DNA from: Candidatus Bathyarchaeota archaeon
GTDB taxonomy: Archaea; Thermoproteota; Bathyarchaeia; Bathyarchaeales; Bathycorpusculaceae
Direction of reading: 5' to 3'
Length of the DNA: 64,000 bases
NCBI GenBank assembly: GCA_963828195.1
Contig: CAWHDT010000001.1
Coordinates: 320,001 to 384,000, forward strand
Part shown: in pieces, positions 27,773 to 38,850 of the stretch
How positions within the stretch are numbered: position 1 is the first letter of the stretch
Layout: every line of letters begins with the position of its first letter
Made by a program: the position numbers and the translations under genes
The notes under the pieces: model-generated
What the model saw: only the letters and a program-made list of their open reading frames with translations
What the model was told of the DNA's origin: nothing
The model's database searches: none

Positions 27773-29431
27773 ATGGCTCACTTAACCTCAAAGAAGATCA
27801 CAACATTTCTCTTGATCATTGTCACTTTATCTTTATGCATATACACTCCCTCTTCACTTGTAAGAGCAGATTCATCCCCGCTTAGGATTGTTAACGTTCA
27901 AACGGTGTGCGGCAATGGTCAAAGCTGTTTCTATTTTCGCAGAGGATTCGATGTCGTCGGATTTAACGTTACGGTTGCAAACGATGGGTCATCAGTTGCT
28001 TTGGGTCAAATAACTCTAAGCATGGTTGACAATTGCAGCGTGCCGATTGGAGATTTGACCTCGACAATTTTTTCTGTTAATCCGGGCCAAAACAATAGAA
28101 TTCAAGTAATCAGCAATGTAATACCGAGTTATGCTTTTGTCGGGACAGCGACTGCCACTGTAGTTCTTGAGGATCCATCGACGGGGCCCATAGATTTTCA
28201 GATGGTGAATTTTTACATCCATTCATTTTCAAGCATAACTGTAACTCCGTCCATTAACTCAGTGACAGCTGGAAACCTTGTAAGTTACACTGCAAATTCT
28301 ACGGATGCAAGCGGAAACAACGTAGATATCACTTCTTGGGTAAACTGGAGCATAAGCAGCGGTGCCGGCGGCGCTTGGTCAGGAAACATGTACTCTTCTG
28401 CGAAAGCGGGCAGTTGGACTGTTACTGCTTCACTGGGAAGCTTGTCAGCTGCAAGTCAGTTGAATGTAGATCACGCTTCAATTGCCACGATTGCTCTATC
28501 ACCGCAAAACGCCGAAATTCTTGCTGGACAAACCCAAGCCTTCACCACCTCTGCATATGACGTTTACGGTAACGCTTGGGATGTCAGCGCTTCAACCGCT
28601 TTAAGCATTGGTTCCGGTGCAGGTGGTTCTTGGAATAACAACTCCTATACCGCTTTTAAAACAGGACTTTGGAACGTGACAGGAGTGCTAGGAAGTTTAA
28701 CGAACTCCACGTTACTGACCGTTAATCACAATTCAGCCGTTAGCATGACGATTTCTCCAAAAATCTCCTCTTTAACAGCCGGTTCAAGTCAATCTTATAA
28801 CGTTTCAGCGTCGGACCTTTATGGTAATGTCTGGGATGCCACTAACTCAACAGTTTACACCATTGATGCTGGTGCGGGCGGCTCTTGGCTGGACAGTGTC
28901 TATACTTCTGCACTAGCGGGAACCTGGCATGTAAAAGCTACCGTTGACGGCGTTTCAGACTATGCATCCTTATCCGTTACACACGGGCCTATCAACAGCC
29001 TAACTGTTCTCCCTGAATCTACAAATTTGACATCTGGTTGCTCACAAGTCTTTAATGCCACCGCTTTTGATTCTTACGGAAACAGTTGGGACACAACAAA
29101 TTCCGCAGTTTTCAGCATTGATCCTGCCGCTGCAGGCTCTTGGTCAGCCAACAATTATTATACTTCAGCAAACCTAGGAACATGGACGGTTACGGCTGCT
29201 TATTCTGGCCTGCAGGGGATAGCTCAACTATCGGTGTTTTACCCGTTAGACTTTTACTTCAATGGCAGAGTGAACTTTCACGACCTTGCATACTTCGTAG
29301 TTGCCTACATAAACTTTAACCAAAATGGAGTTTTAAATCCAGCTTGCGACTTAAATCACGATGGACGAATTAACTTTCTTGACTTGCAACTCTTCGTGAC
29401 ATATTACGTCGCATTTGGAAGTACAATGTAA
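27773..29431 (+). CDS. secreted protein with four about 85-aa Ig-like repeats and C-terminal dockerin
   Basis: Repeats D.YGN.WD....I..GAGGSW...YTS...G.W.VT; dockerin DFYFNGRVNFHD...CDLNHDGRINFLD. Confidence 0.85.
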   Translation: MAHLTSKKITTFLLIIVTLSLCIYTPSSLVRADSSPLRIVNVQTVCGNGQSCFYFRRGFDVVGFNVTVANDGSSVALGQITLSMVDNCSVPIGDLTSTIFSVNPGQNNRIQVISNVIPSYAFVGTATATVVLEDPSTGPIDFQMVNFYIHSFSSITVTPSINSVTAGNLVSYTANSTDASGNNVDITSWVNWSISSGAGGAWSGNMYSSAKAGSWTVTASLGSLSAASQLNVDHASIATIALSPQNAEILAGQTQAFTTSAYDVYGNAWDVSASTALSIGSGAGGSWNNNSYTAFKTGLWNVTGVLGSLTNSTLLTVNHNSAVSMTISPKISSLTAGSSQSYNVSASDLYGNVWDATNSTVYTIDAGAGGSWLDSVYTSALAGTWHVKATVDGVSDYASLSVTHGPINSLTVLPESTNLTSGCSQVFNATAFDSYGNSWDTTNSAVFSIDPAAAGSWSANNYYTSANLGTWTVTAAYSGLQGIAQLSVFYPLDFYFNGRVNFHDLAYFVVAYINFNQNGVLNPACDLNHDGRINFLDLQLFVTYYVAFGSTM

Positions 29432-29787
29432 CTCAAAAATTGGGCATATTTGATAAAAAGATTCATGTTGATGCCATAGCGTAGTACTTGAACCATGATG
29501 GAAAACTCTAATCTCACATCTCAAGCTTTTCGTAAGCGATTACAAGGTGTTCGGCTCCGGCAGATAGTGCAAAGCCTTTTGCCTCAGAGAATCTGCTTTT
29601 AAATGCAATCATCTTCATCACTATTGTCAATCGCATAATCGCTTTTTTGCTACTCAAAAAGAAGTCAAAGAGGTGATCCATCTAAATAGAGTCTGTAGTT
29701 GCCAATTGCTTAACCGATTTCTATTACGGGAGGTGTTAAATACATCTTAGTTGCAACGTTCTCTTGTGCTTAAAGAAGGCCGAGCGG

Positions 29788-31569
29788 ATGAATAAATCGC
29801 GTTTAGGTATATTTTTGATCGTCGTAATGGTTAGTTCGATAGTTCTATTTAGCATTGCTAATTTATCCACCGCTCAATTTGAAAGCGGTACAAACGTTAA
29901 TGGCGTAATCACTTCAGACACCATGTGGACGCAAGAAAACAGTCCATACAACTTGACTGGCAATCTGCTTGTAAACAATAATGTGACTTTAACTATTCAG
30001 CCAGGAACTACTGTAAACATTAATAACTTTTACATAGAGATTAATGGGACGCTGCAAGCAATCGGTAATAGCAGCAACCAAATTTATTTCAACGGCGGAA
30101 GCATCAGTTTTGCCCCGACAAGTAACGGTTGGGATGAATCCACTGACACTGGATGCATTATTGATTACTCAGTTTTGGATTCATATTTAGATGTTAACTG
30201 TTCAGCAGAAATAATCAATAATGAAATAAACTCTGGAGTGCAGGCAAATGCTGAAACAACAATTTCCAACAATACAATCACCGATGGAGTATCCGCATTT
30301 GGAGACGCAATAATTACTGGTAACACAATTTCGGGGCAAGGAATTGAGTTATATGCAAACGCAACCGTCGTTTACAATGCTATAGAGGGGTGCAGTACAG
30401 GAGTTGAAGCATTTACGCAGTTTTGGGATCCCTCTAACCCAAATGCGTGGCTCAACACAACCTCGCTTATAGAAAACAACTTGATAATTAACAACGGTAA
30501 TGGTATTGAAATTTTGGCTTGGCAAGGGTCATATCCTGGCAACCCAATAATTCAAAACAACACCATAACAGGAAACACAGATGGAATTTATGTGGCAGAG
30601 GATTTAGGAGCACCCTCTCCAACCGTTATTTACAATAACATATACGGAAACAATTATAATGTTAAATTAGCGGTTTCAAACAACGTAAATGCCACATACA
30701 ACTGGTGGGGAACAACTGACGCATCAGCAATAAACCAGGCAATTTATGATTACAAAGATGATTTTAACTTAGGAACAGTTACATTTGCTCCTTTCTTAAC
30801 TGCATCAAATCCTGAGGCACCAGCATATAATCAAACCCCGCAACCGACCCCCAGCCCATCACAAACCTCAACTCCTTCGCCTTCCCCAAGTCCAACCCCC
30901 GCTCCCACTTCAAATCAAAGTCCAATCGACTTTTACCACGACGGCGCAGTAAACTTTAGGGACATTATCTACTTTGTTTGTGCTTACATTCAGTACAATC
31001 AGTATGGCACACTTAACCCAGCTTGCGACCTAAATCATGACGGCAAAATAGACTTCACAGACATCCAACTTTTCGTCGAAGATTACACGACTTATTACAG
31101 CGAAGCACTCATTAGCGTTGACTCTGCTACCCAGCAGTTTTCTTCAGCTCATGTCGGGAACACTATTCAAATCAACATTACAGTTAGTAATGTGCAGGAT
31201 CTCTGGTCATGGGACATCGCTAACCTTACATTTAATCCAGCGATGCTGAATTTGACGCAGGTGACTGAAGGCCCATTTCTCCAGCAAGCAGGACAAACAA
31301 TCTTCATATGGACTTCTGGTTCGACTCAAGCATTTAGCAAAGGTTACATTCCTGACATGTCCGATACTTTACTTTCCATAAACAGTGTCAACGGCAGCGG
31401 AGTCATTGCCACTTTAACTTTTACTGTTCTATCTCTTGGCACTTCCCAAATCACATTCAACCAAACAACCCTATTAAACTCGCAACCCTCCCAAAATTTG
31501 CCACCACCACAAATTGGCAATCCAATCGGCAGCACCGCCATCAACGCAAACATAACAGTAGGGCAATAA
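29788..31569 (+). CDS. secreted parallel beta-helix protein with P/T/S linker, dockerin and C-terminal cohesin (adaptor)
   Basis: Asn-ladder repeats (I.NN.I), NATYNWWG; dockerin DFYHDGAVNFRD...DLNHDGKIDFTD; cohesin VGNTIQINITVSNVQDLWSW...GSGVIATLTF. ATG 29788 preferred. Confidence 0.85.
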   Translation: MNKSRLGIFLIVVMVSSIVLFSIANLSTAQFESGTNVNGVITSDTMWTQENSPYNLTGNLLVNNNVTLTIQPGTTVNINNFYIEINGTLQAIGNSSNQIYFNGGSISFAPTSNGWDESTDTGCIIDYSVLDSYLDVNCSAEIINNEINSGVQANAETTISNNTITDGVSAFGDAIITGNTISGQGIELYANATVVYNAIEGCSTGVEAFTQFWDPSNPNAWLNTTSLIENNLIINNGNGIEILAWQGSYPGNPIIQNNTITGNTDGIYVAEDLGAPSPTVIYNNIYGNNYNVKLAVSNNVNATYNWWGTTDASAINQAIYDYKDDFNLGTVTFAPFLTASNPEAPAYNQTPQPTPSPSQTSTPSPSPSPTPAPTSNQSPIDFYHDGAVNFRDIIYFVCAYIQYNQYGTLNPACDLNHDGKIDFTDIQLFVEDYTTYYSEALISVDSATQQFSSAHVGNTIQINITVSNVQDLWSWDIANLTFNPAMLNLTQVTEGPFLQQAGQTIFIWTSGSTQAFSKGYIPDMSDTLLSINSVNGSGVIATLTFTVLSLGTSQITFNQTTLLNSQPSQNLPPPQIGNPIGSTAINANITVGQ

Positions 31570-31732
31570 TACTTCGCTACTATTCACAAAAAACCGTTAA
31601 GCGTGGAAACAATGCTCTCAAGCATCTAAATAGAGCTTGTAGTTGCCGCTTGTTTCACCGTTTCTATAGCGAAAGATGCTAAATACGTCTTTCTTCAATG
31701 TTTTTTGTGCTTGATCGAAAGGAGAAAGTTAA

Positions 31733-34267
31733 TTGAACAAAACAACTTTAGGCATTTTCTTGATAGCGCTAATAGTTAGTTCCACAATTGTACTTACAAC
31801 AGTTCATTTCGGCAAGGCTCAAGGTGAAACTCAAGTAGCGCTCGTACAGGGTCCATTCCGTGGTACTTCAACTCTAAATCGTCTTTATGTAACTTTAGAT
31901 TCCTCTCCTCAATCTGGAGACATATTAATTGCGTCAATAGGCGCAAGAAACTCGGTAAATGCACCTTCAGTCGCTTATATAACAGAAGATGGCGTAAATT
32001 GGACACGGCAAACATACAACAACTCTTTCAGCCAGGGCAGCGATGCTGAAATATGGGCTGGAGTTGTAGCACAAGGCGCTTCTAAGAACATTACCATCAC
32101 ATTTTTTGATACAGAAAACAGGGGAGCAGAAGCAGATATTTGTGAATATTCAGGAATAGCAACAAGCAATTTCTTAGACGCAACAGCTACTGCTCAAGGC
32201 GGGCCAGTAAATCAAAGCGACACGGGAACTATCGAAACTACAAGGTCTGCAAATGAATTATGGATAGGGGCAGTAGAGATGGCAAACTATGGTCAAACTA
32301 CTCCAGCTAAGAACTCCTTTACTTTATTTGATGGTAGTCAATTTCAGGAAGGAAGTTTAGCTTACCTTCAATATTTTGCAAACTCTGCTGGTCCAGCTGA
32401 CTCTGGAGCCATCGCGGGTGGCTCAGATTATTATGTCGGCTGCATCGCTGCATTCTTTGAGCAGACGGGTACTATTGTATCCTGCGCTCCCAATCCCGCA
32501 CTCGCCAACTCTGCAGTAACTTGCACAGCCATAGTGTATGGTTCTAATCCAACAGGAACAATAACTTGGAGCACAAACAGCAGCACAGGCAGCTTCAATT
32601 CCGATACAACCGAACTTGCCTCAGGATTTTCAACAACAACTTATACAGACACAAACGCAGGAACAGTAACAGTTACAGCATCTTACAGTGGAGACTCAAA
32701 CAATCCCCCTTCAGTTATAAACACAACTTTAACAATTAATCCTTCATGGCAACTAATTATATCTTCAAACGGCGCTTCAGCTGGAACAGTAAGCTTGGCA
32801 TCGGGAATATACAGTTTAGCTCCAATGCCTATAGCCGCATTTCCCAACTCAGGGTATCAATTTCTCTATTGGGTAACTGCAGGCGGCGCAGTTTTAGCAT
32901 CCAACTCTTCAACTACAACTGTTGCCGGTTCAGGAAATGGCGCCATAGAAGCATTCTTTTCACAGCGTTATTTAATCAATTCACGCACATTGACCATAGC
33001 TGGTTCAAGCACAGTTCTTCCAATTGCCAACGAAGAAGCAGGTCTATGGCAACCATACTGGAATAACTTGGTATCTCTAAACCCAAATTGGGGAGCTTCG
33101 CAATGTACTTCGCCTGTTCTTCCAGTAGGTCTAGGCAGTGGCACAGCAATCCCTGAATTGTCCGCCGGCATAGCTGACATCGGAGAAATGTCAAGACCAC
33201 CGTACAACGCAACCAACGAGTGGCTCGCACCATCAATGAGTGGCATGCAGCTATGGGCAGTCGGCATCGATAGTATCGCGATCGTTTTGAGTGCTTACAT
33301 GAATTGGTTCCCAACTAATTTGACTACATTGCAAGTTGCAAACCTATTTGCATCAAATCCAACTACCGGAGCACAATATACTACTTGGAATGACTTTTTA
33401 ACTGCAAATGGTTTTTCGGCTGTTCACCCACAAGGAGATGCTGACATTAACCGTGCGGTTATGGATCCAACATCTGGAACTTTCGACTGTTTCAACAATT
33501 ACTTTGCCGTACCAAACGGTTTCCAATTTGAGCATAATGCCAACGGCACAGTTGATGGTTCACAGAACATGGCACCGTATACCTACTGCCAAGAAGACAT
33601 TAACATGTACAACACAATAGGGGGACCTAACTATATTGGTTTTATATCCTTAGGGTACTTCCAAGTGTACGGACATATGATCGGCCTTAACGTTTCATAC
33701 AACATCGCTAATCTTCCAAGCTCAACTATCTCTGTTGTTACACCAGCAGTCTGGGGGCCATACGTTGCACCAACACGGGACAACGTTATCTATGCACTTT
33801 CAGACTACAAAGACACTGCAGCTACCGGTCAATACTTTGCATGGACATATCTTTGGGAAGTTACTCCAAGCACTATTCCTACTTGGGGTCCACTGTTAGA
33901 AACAGGAGTCTGGATTGCATACATGAAGGAAGGAAACACCACCCAAGGCGGCACAAGCGACTTTGTCAACGACCAAGGATACATCGAGCTTGACCGTGAC
34001 GACATAGCTGGCGGAACAGTAATTGACGGTGCCCTGCAACCACACGGTATCGGTCAAGGTTTAGCTGCAACTCAGACTCAGTCTATTCCCGACGGCAAAG
34101 TTAACTTCCAAGACTTAACATACTTCGTCTCCGCATACATCGCATACTACGACCGAGGACTATACAATCCATATGCAGACATGAATGCTGACGGCAAAAT
34201 CAACTTCAACGACCTCAAACTCTTCGTATCAGAATACATAACATACTACACAACATACGTACCTTAA
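31733..34267 (+). CDS. pstS: multidomain PstS-type phosphate-binding protein (beta-sandwich + Ig-like + PstS + dockerin)
   Basis: IAGSSTVLP, GSGTAI, DIGEMSRP, DPTSGT, IGFISLG; dockerin PDGKVNFQD...ADMNADGKINFND. Confidence 0.82.
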   Translation: MNKTTLGIFLIALIVSSTIVLTTVHFGKAQGETQVALVQGPFRGTSTLNRLYVTLDSSPQSGDILIASIGARNSVNAPSVAYITEDGVNWTRQTYNNSFSQGSDAEIWAGVVAQGASKNITITFFDTENRGAEADICEYSGIATSNFLDATATAQGGPVNQSDTGTIETTRSANELWIGAVEMANYGQTTPAKNSFTLFDGSQFQEGSLAYLQYFANSAGPADSGAIAGGSDYYVGCIAAFFEQTGTIVSCAPNPALANSAVTCTAIVYGSNPTGTITWSTNSSTGSFNSDTTELASGFSTTTYTDTNAGTVTVTASYSGDSNNPPSVINTTLTINPSWQLIISSNGASAGTVSLASGIYSLAPMPIAAFPNSGYQFLYWVTAGGAVLASNSSTTTVAGSGNGAIEAFFSQRYLINSRTLTIAGSSTVLPIANEEAGLWQPYWNNLVSLNPNWGASQCTSPVLPVGLGSGTAIPELSAGIADIGEMSRPPYNATNEWLAPSMSGMQLWAVGIDSIAIVLSAYMNWFPTNLTTLQVANLFASNPTTGAQYTTWNDFLTANGFSAVHPQGDADINRAVMDPTSGTFDCFNNYFAVPNGFQFEHNANGTVDGSQNMAPYTYCQEDINMYNTIGGPNYIGFISLGYFQVYGHMIGLNVSYNIANLPSSTISVVTPAVWGPYVAPTRDNVIYALSDYKDTAATGQYFAWTYLWEVTPSTIPTWGPLLETGVWIAYMKEGNTTQGGTSDFVNDQGYIELDRDDIAGGTVIDGALQPHGIGQGLAATQTQSIPDGKVNFQDLTYFVSAYIAYYDRGLYNPYADMNADGKINFNDLKLFVSEYITYYTTYVP

Positions 34268-34479
34268 ACTTTTTCAACAAAATAGAACACAGTTTTATAT
34301 CTTAAACATTGTTTTTTTTGCAGTTTTTTAGGGCAGTTTGTAATGTTATTTCTGGCTTAACATTCCCTTTTTAATCTGCAAGGTACTAAATAGTTTTAGT
34401 GGGAACTATTTGTATCCCTATTTTTTACGAGGGCAAATATCATATATCTTCATATTCATTTAGATAGTGGAGAAGGACA

Positions 34480-35541
34480 ATGAATAAGAAAACAGCTTTT
34501 GCAGGACTTTTAATTTTTTTCTTAATAGGCATGATGTTTTCAACTTTTAATGGAATGTCGAGCATCGCCAAAGCAGATACTCAAGGCGATTCAAATGGTT
34601 CCTCTTCTGATATAGTTGTTGACAACGTCACTTGCTCACAAATTTTTGTGGACCAAGGAATGCAAGCAAACCTGCAAGCTGGTGTAGAAAATTTGGGGTC
34701 GCTTCCCGCCAACTTTAACCTTACCTTCTACGGTAACGGCGTTCCTCTAAACACGCAGCCGGTTGCGTTAGCCGGTAGCAGTTCATCGCTGGTTTCATTC
34801 TTATGGAATACGACAGACTTCGCTTTGGGCAATTATACTTTGAGTGCGAGTGCTTGGTCAGTTACAGGTGAAGCAAATGTGGCTTATAGCAATTGCACCG
34901 GAAGCACTCTACTAGTTTCTTGCGCCGGCGATATGATCGGTCACTGTGCAGTTGACTTTTCAGACCTAACTTGCTTTGTTAGCGCTTACATAAATTATAC
35001 CGAAACTGGAGGAAGTTCATACTATCCTATTGCGGACTTGAACCATGACGGAAAAATAGACTTTTTGGACTTACAGCTCTTTGTCGCCGATTATATTTCG
35101 TTCTATAGTAATCCAACGCCGTTTGGGCACTGCGGGTTAGCGGTTACAACCACTTTCGAACAGACCACGTACACTCAAGGCGAACCAGTCAACTTTACAA
35201 TAAACATAATCAACCTAACCGACAAAACAATAACTTTTACCTACATGCCTTCGACCTTTGACTTCATAGTTTACAACGCTACAGGAATAATCTACCGATA
35301 TTCATTCGAAAGAGCATATCCGATGTGGGCTGAAATATATTCCTTGACGCCAGGCGCAACTTTATCCAACGAGTTTGAATGGGACCAAACCTCCAACCAG
35401 TATTACTCACCAGTGGCTTCGCCATTAGCACCTTCGGCTTCTTGTCCTGAATTTCCGGTATCGCCCGGAACCTACTATATCGTCGGTGAAGCGCTTGGAA
35501 TGCAAACCGTTCCCCAGCAAATTACCATAACTTCAGGATAA
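34480..35541 (+). CDS. secreted CARDB-like + dockerin + BsuPI-like (proteinase inhibitor) protein
   Basis: Dockerin GDMIGHCAVDFSD...ADLNHDGKIDFLD; C-terminal domain YTQGEPVNFTINI.N...FDFIV...YRYS...L.PG...WDQ...PGTY. Confidence 0.75.
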   Translation: MNKKTAFAGLLIFFLIGMMFSTFNGMSSIAKADTQGDSNGSSSDIVVDNVTCSQIFVDQGMQANLQAGVENLGSLPANFNLTFYGNGVPLNTQPVALAGSSSSLVSFLWNTTDFALGNYTLSASAWSVTGEANVAYSNCTGSTLLVSCAGDMIGHCAVDFSDLTCFVSAYINYTETGGSSYYPIADLNHDGKIDFLDLQLFVADYISFYSNPTPFGHCGLAVTTTFEQTTYTQGEPVNFTINIINLTDKTITFTYMPSTFDFIVYNATGIIYRYSFERAYPMWAEIYSLTPGATLSNEFEWDQTSNQYYSPVASPLAPSASCPEFPVSPGTYYIVGEALGMQTVPQQITITSG

Positions 35542-35771
35542 CCTGCGAGCCAAAAAAATCCCCTTAGTTTGGCAGTTTCTCTTTGCCGATTTAAAAAGCT
35601 CAAAAACTTTAGAGAAAAAGTTCTTGAGTGTTTACTTCATTTTTGAGTTAGCTAGGCGCCTTCGCAGAAAATTAAGTACACAAGCAAATATTGAAATTAA
35701 AAAAAATTAGCCGAAACCCAACTATTTGCTTAATGTTTATATGTTTCAAACTCCGGCAGTAATTAGCTTTC

Positions 35772-36353
35772 TTAACTAAGTAGTTGAGTTACGAATTCCG
35801 CGCTTTCTGCTTTGTCTTGCTTTGCATTTATTTCAAGAGTTTCTTTGATTAGTAAGCTGCTTCCTGCGGGTAATGGTGCTATTTGGTCATTTGACGTGTT
35901 CGAAGTGCCAACTCCAAAAACACCTATTTGTGTTCCGTTAGCGGGTGTGAGGTTTTCTAGGAATGATTGGACTGAACTTGATGCTTTTCCATCTTCTAGG
36001 GGGCCTCCAACCACTATAACTTGGTATTGAGTTAGGTTGCCATTTGTCGTTTTGCTGTCTATACCCGCTAAATCGACGAAGTATCCTTGTGCCTGTAGGT
36101 TGCTCGCAATCTGGTCGGCTACGCTTTTTGTTGATCCCGATGAACCGGGGTCATAAGTGACTAATGCGTTTCCCCCTGCTGAACCAGCAGGAAAACTCGT
36201 TGGGGTTAATGATTGAGTCGCTTTCGCCGCAGACGGCGCTGCGCGAACCAACAAAAAGCCCAATACCGCTGCCACAACGATGATTGCCGATAAAAGTACA
36301 ACGACAATTTTTGTGAAAAATTTAGTAGGGTGTTTTTTCCTATTTTTTCTCAA
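35772..36353 (-). CDS. membrane-anchored flavodoxin-domain protein
   Basis: N-terminal TM; VTYDPGSSGSTKSVA..IA, IVVGGP. Confidence 0.75.
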   Translation of the reverse strand: MRKNRKKHPTKFFTKIVVVLLSAIIVVAAVLGFLLVRAAPSAAKATQSLTPTSFPAGSAGGNALVTYDPGSSGSTKSVADQIASNLQAQGYFVDLAGIDSKTTNGNLTQYQVIVVGGPLEDGKASSSVQSFLENLTPANGTQIGVFGVGTSNTSNDQIAPLPAGSSLLIKETLEINAKQDKAESAEFVTQLLS

Positions 36354-36761
36354 ACAGCTTTTCCCTTCCTCAAAGCATCGCGCTTAGAACATGAAGCTTT
36401 GTTAATTACTCTTCCCTTGAATAATATTTATTCTATATAGAGCTGCTTTATATTCTCACAACTTAAGTAACGATTTCTGGTTTCATTAGCTTTCTATGTT
36501 CTTTGCGAACAATTGTTTTTTTTTTAAAAAAGATTAAGTTGAGATGCGGAAAGACTTGGTTTTCGTCATCTTGTTGTTGCTGGCCTTTAATGTTCGTATC
36601 TCTTTGGCAAAGTGTTTTCGTTTACCTGAGAACATGCTGAGGAGGCTAAAATCTATTCCTTGTGCCCAGTTATTAATTGGATGACTCACCATATCTGAGG
36701 TAATCTTGAGACATAATTGGAAAGTCAATTGAAGAATCCAAATCTTTTCTAATGCGAGAGA

Positions 36762-37013
36762 TTATTTGGTATAAAATGTGTCTGAACGTTTTGTTGTCGT
36801 AGTTATTTTGGATCTTTGGCCAACGCCATTTTCCGACTTATCCATCAGATTTTTTAGGGCTATTACTTCATCTTTTAGCGCAGCAACTTCACTTTCTAAA
36901 GCAGTGGCTTTCGCATCAGCCATTTCTTCGAGTTGATAGATTTCAACTAAAAGATTTTTCTTCTCCTGTTCTAAGTCCTTTATAGTTTCAACGATATCTT
37001 TTAGCTTACTCAT
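36762..37013 (-). CDS. small coiled-coil protein, paralogue 1
   Basis: LEQEKKNLLVEIYQLEEMADAKATALESEVAALKDEV shared with the next two genes. Confidence 0.75.
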   Translation of the reverse strand: MSKLKDIVETIKDLEQEKKNLLVEIYQLEEMADAKATALESEVAALKDEVIALKNLMDKSENGVGQRSKITTTTKRSDTFYTK

Positions 37014-37506
37014 TTTCCGCTCCCTTCTGACTGTAAATAAGTTTGTTATGAACTTAAAACTTTTGCAATCGCATTAATGAAAATCCGCTCAGGCCATGTC
37101 AGTAGCGGTTGGTTTCTTTTGGTGCAGCGCAGCACAGTGACAGGTCTTTTAGGGTTCAGTGTGCTAGTCAGGCCTAAAATTTTAGGTTGATGTTCAAATA
37201 TTTCAACGCCATTGCAACTGTCGGCCATAGGAAAACGCTGACCGAATGAGGGCTCAACTGAAAAGTTTTTAGGCTTAGTCAAGAAATCTTTAATAGAAAA
37301 AGGCTGGAAAGAACCCTTTCCTCTCTTTACAACGCAATAGCAAACTGGAAAAACGAATGGAAATACGGGTTTGCCTTGATGCTTGCTTGTTTCCCTGATG
37401 GTTTTATGAGCAGTTTCTGTTCTTCCCGTTAAGCGGGCATTAGTGTGTTAGTCAGTTTGGGTTTGGGGATAACATTTTAGTGGTTTAGAAACCCAAAAAA
37501 TGGGCG

Positions 37507-37917
37507 TTATCTATGATTTCCTTTGAATGCAGGGGCTGTCCTTTTTTCGGGGTCTGGTTCTGACATATTCATTAAGATTTTTAGTGATTTGATTTCATCG
37601 CGTAGTGCCGCAACTTCGTTTTCTAAATCGGTAGCTTTCGCTGCAGCCAACTCTTTAAGTTCATCTATTTCAGTTATAAGACTTTTTCTTTCTGCCTGTA
37701 AATTTCTTAGTTTTTGTATCATATCTTTGAAACTTTGATTCTGAGGAGACCTTGGCTTTTCAAACATTTCTTGAGAGCTTTCACATTGCATATTTCTTGG
37801 TTTTTCAGCCTTATCTTTGGAATTTTCAGATTCCAAATTTCTTATTTTCTCCACTGAATCTTTGAGGTTCTTTAAATGCTCGTCAATTTCTTCCATTTCT
37901 ACATGCCCCGACAACAA
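37507..37917 (-). CDS. small coiled-coil protein, paralogue 2
   Basis: LQAERKSLITEIDELKELAAAKATDLENEVAALRDEI. Confidence 0.75.
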   Translation of the reverse strand: MLSGHVEMEEIDEHLKNLKDSVEKIRNLESENSKDKAEKPRNMQCESSQEMFEKPRSPQNQSFKDMIQKLRNLQAERKSLITEIDELKELAAAKATDLENEVAALRDEIKSLKILMNMSEPDPEKRTAPAFKGNHR

Positions 37918-38176
37918 TTATAAATCTTCTTTCTTAATAAATCACTTGTTTCAAAAATAAACATATATCCAAATTCGATGCATCCCAAATTCAATCAGTC
38001 TCCTTTTTTATTGCAACTTGAGTTTTAATAAAACTTGGCGTTAAACTCGCTCCGTCTAATGATGGCACATTACGCGAAAGATTACACTCAATCGTAACCC
38101 TAAGGCATCGCCGCATGGAAAAGTATCCGTGGAATAATCAATAATTTGTAGAAAGATCACTGCTGATTTGGCAGAG

Positions 38177-38536
38177 TTAGAAAACGAAGTCGCGTGCACG
38201 CTCCCAAGAATCAGGACTCGGAAATCTTACAGAAGGCCCCTCCTTCCAAAGAGAATCGTAAACTTTGATAAATTCTTCGCTTGAGAGACGTTTCTGCCTC
38301 TTGATCTTTTTCATAGCCTTAGCAATTTTCTTATCTAGAATTTCCATAGATTCCAAAGCTCCCAATAGTTTCGATTGAGCAGAAAAAACCTCATTTTCCA
38401 AAACAGCTGTTTTTACTTCTGCCTGTTTCTTAAGCTCATCAATTTCAATTAGAAGGCTTTTTCTTTCCGCTTCTAAATATCTCAGTTTCTCAACTGTACT
38501 TTTTAGATTTGACCAGCTCGAATCCTTCTCCAACAT
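38177..38536 (-). CDS. small coiled-coil protein, paralogue 3
   Basis: LEAERKSLLIEIDELKKQAEVKTAVLENEV. Confidence 0.72.
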   Translation of the reverse strand: MLEKDSSWSNLKSTVEKLRYLEAERKSLLIEIDELKKQAEVKTAVLENEVFSAQSKLLGALESMEILDKKIAKAMKKIKRQKRLSSEEFIKVYDSLWKEGPSVRFPSPDSWERARDFVF

Positions 38537-38788
38537 CTCGATTTACCCAAGCGGATAAAGGTTATTTTTTATAAAACGCTTATTTCAAAAGCAAACATAT
38601 TTCTAAATTGAGAACCATCCTAAAACGGTATATTTTTCCTGGCTTGGAAGTTTGGAAGTCTCCTTAACACTTCTCGCACATCTGATTTTGGAATTTTTTT
38701 TGAAGTGCACATTTGGGAAATATAGATTCTAAGTTCAGAAGGCTCTAATTGTGAATCGCCTATTGTTGTACAATTGGAGTGAATACTA

Positions 38789-38850
38789 GTGGCTCGGCTG
38801 ACGTTTCATAGAGGCGTCAATGAGGCTAGTGGAAACAAGGTTCTTTCAGA
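38789..38850 (+). pseudogene. N-terminal remnant of an MBL-fold/RNase J-like gene
   Basis: MARLTFHRGVNEASGNKVL resembles the LTFYGGVNEIGGNK start of archaeal beta-CASP/MBL proteins; the rest of the ORF does not look homologous. Confidence 0.4.

Noticed and set aside
37046-37282. 78-aa ORF between the coiled-coil genes
   Set aside because: No recognisable motif, start signal or similarity to neighbours
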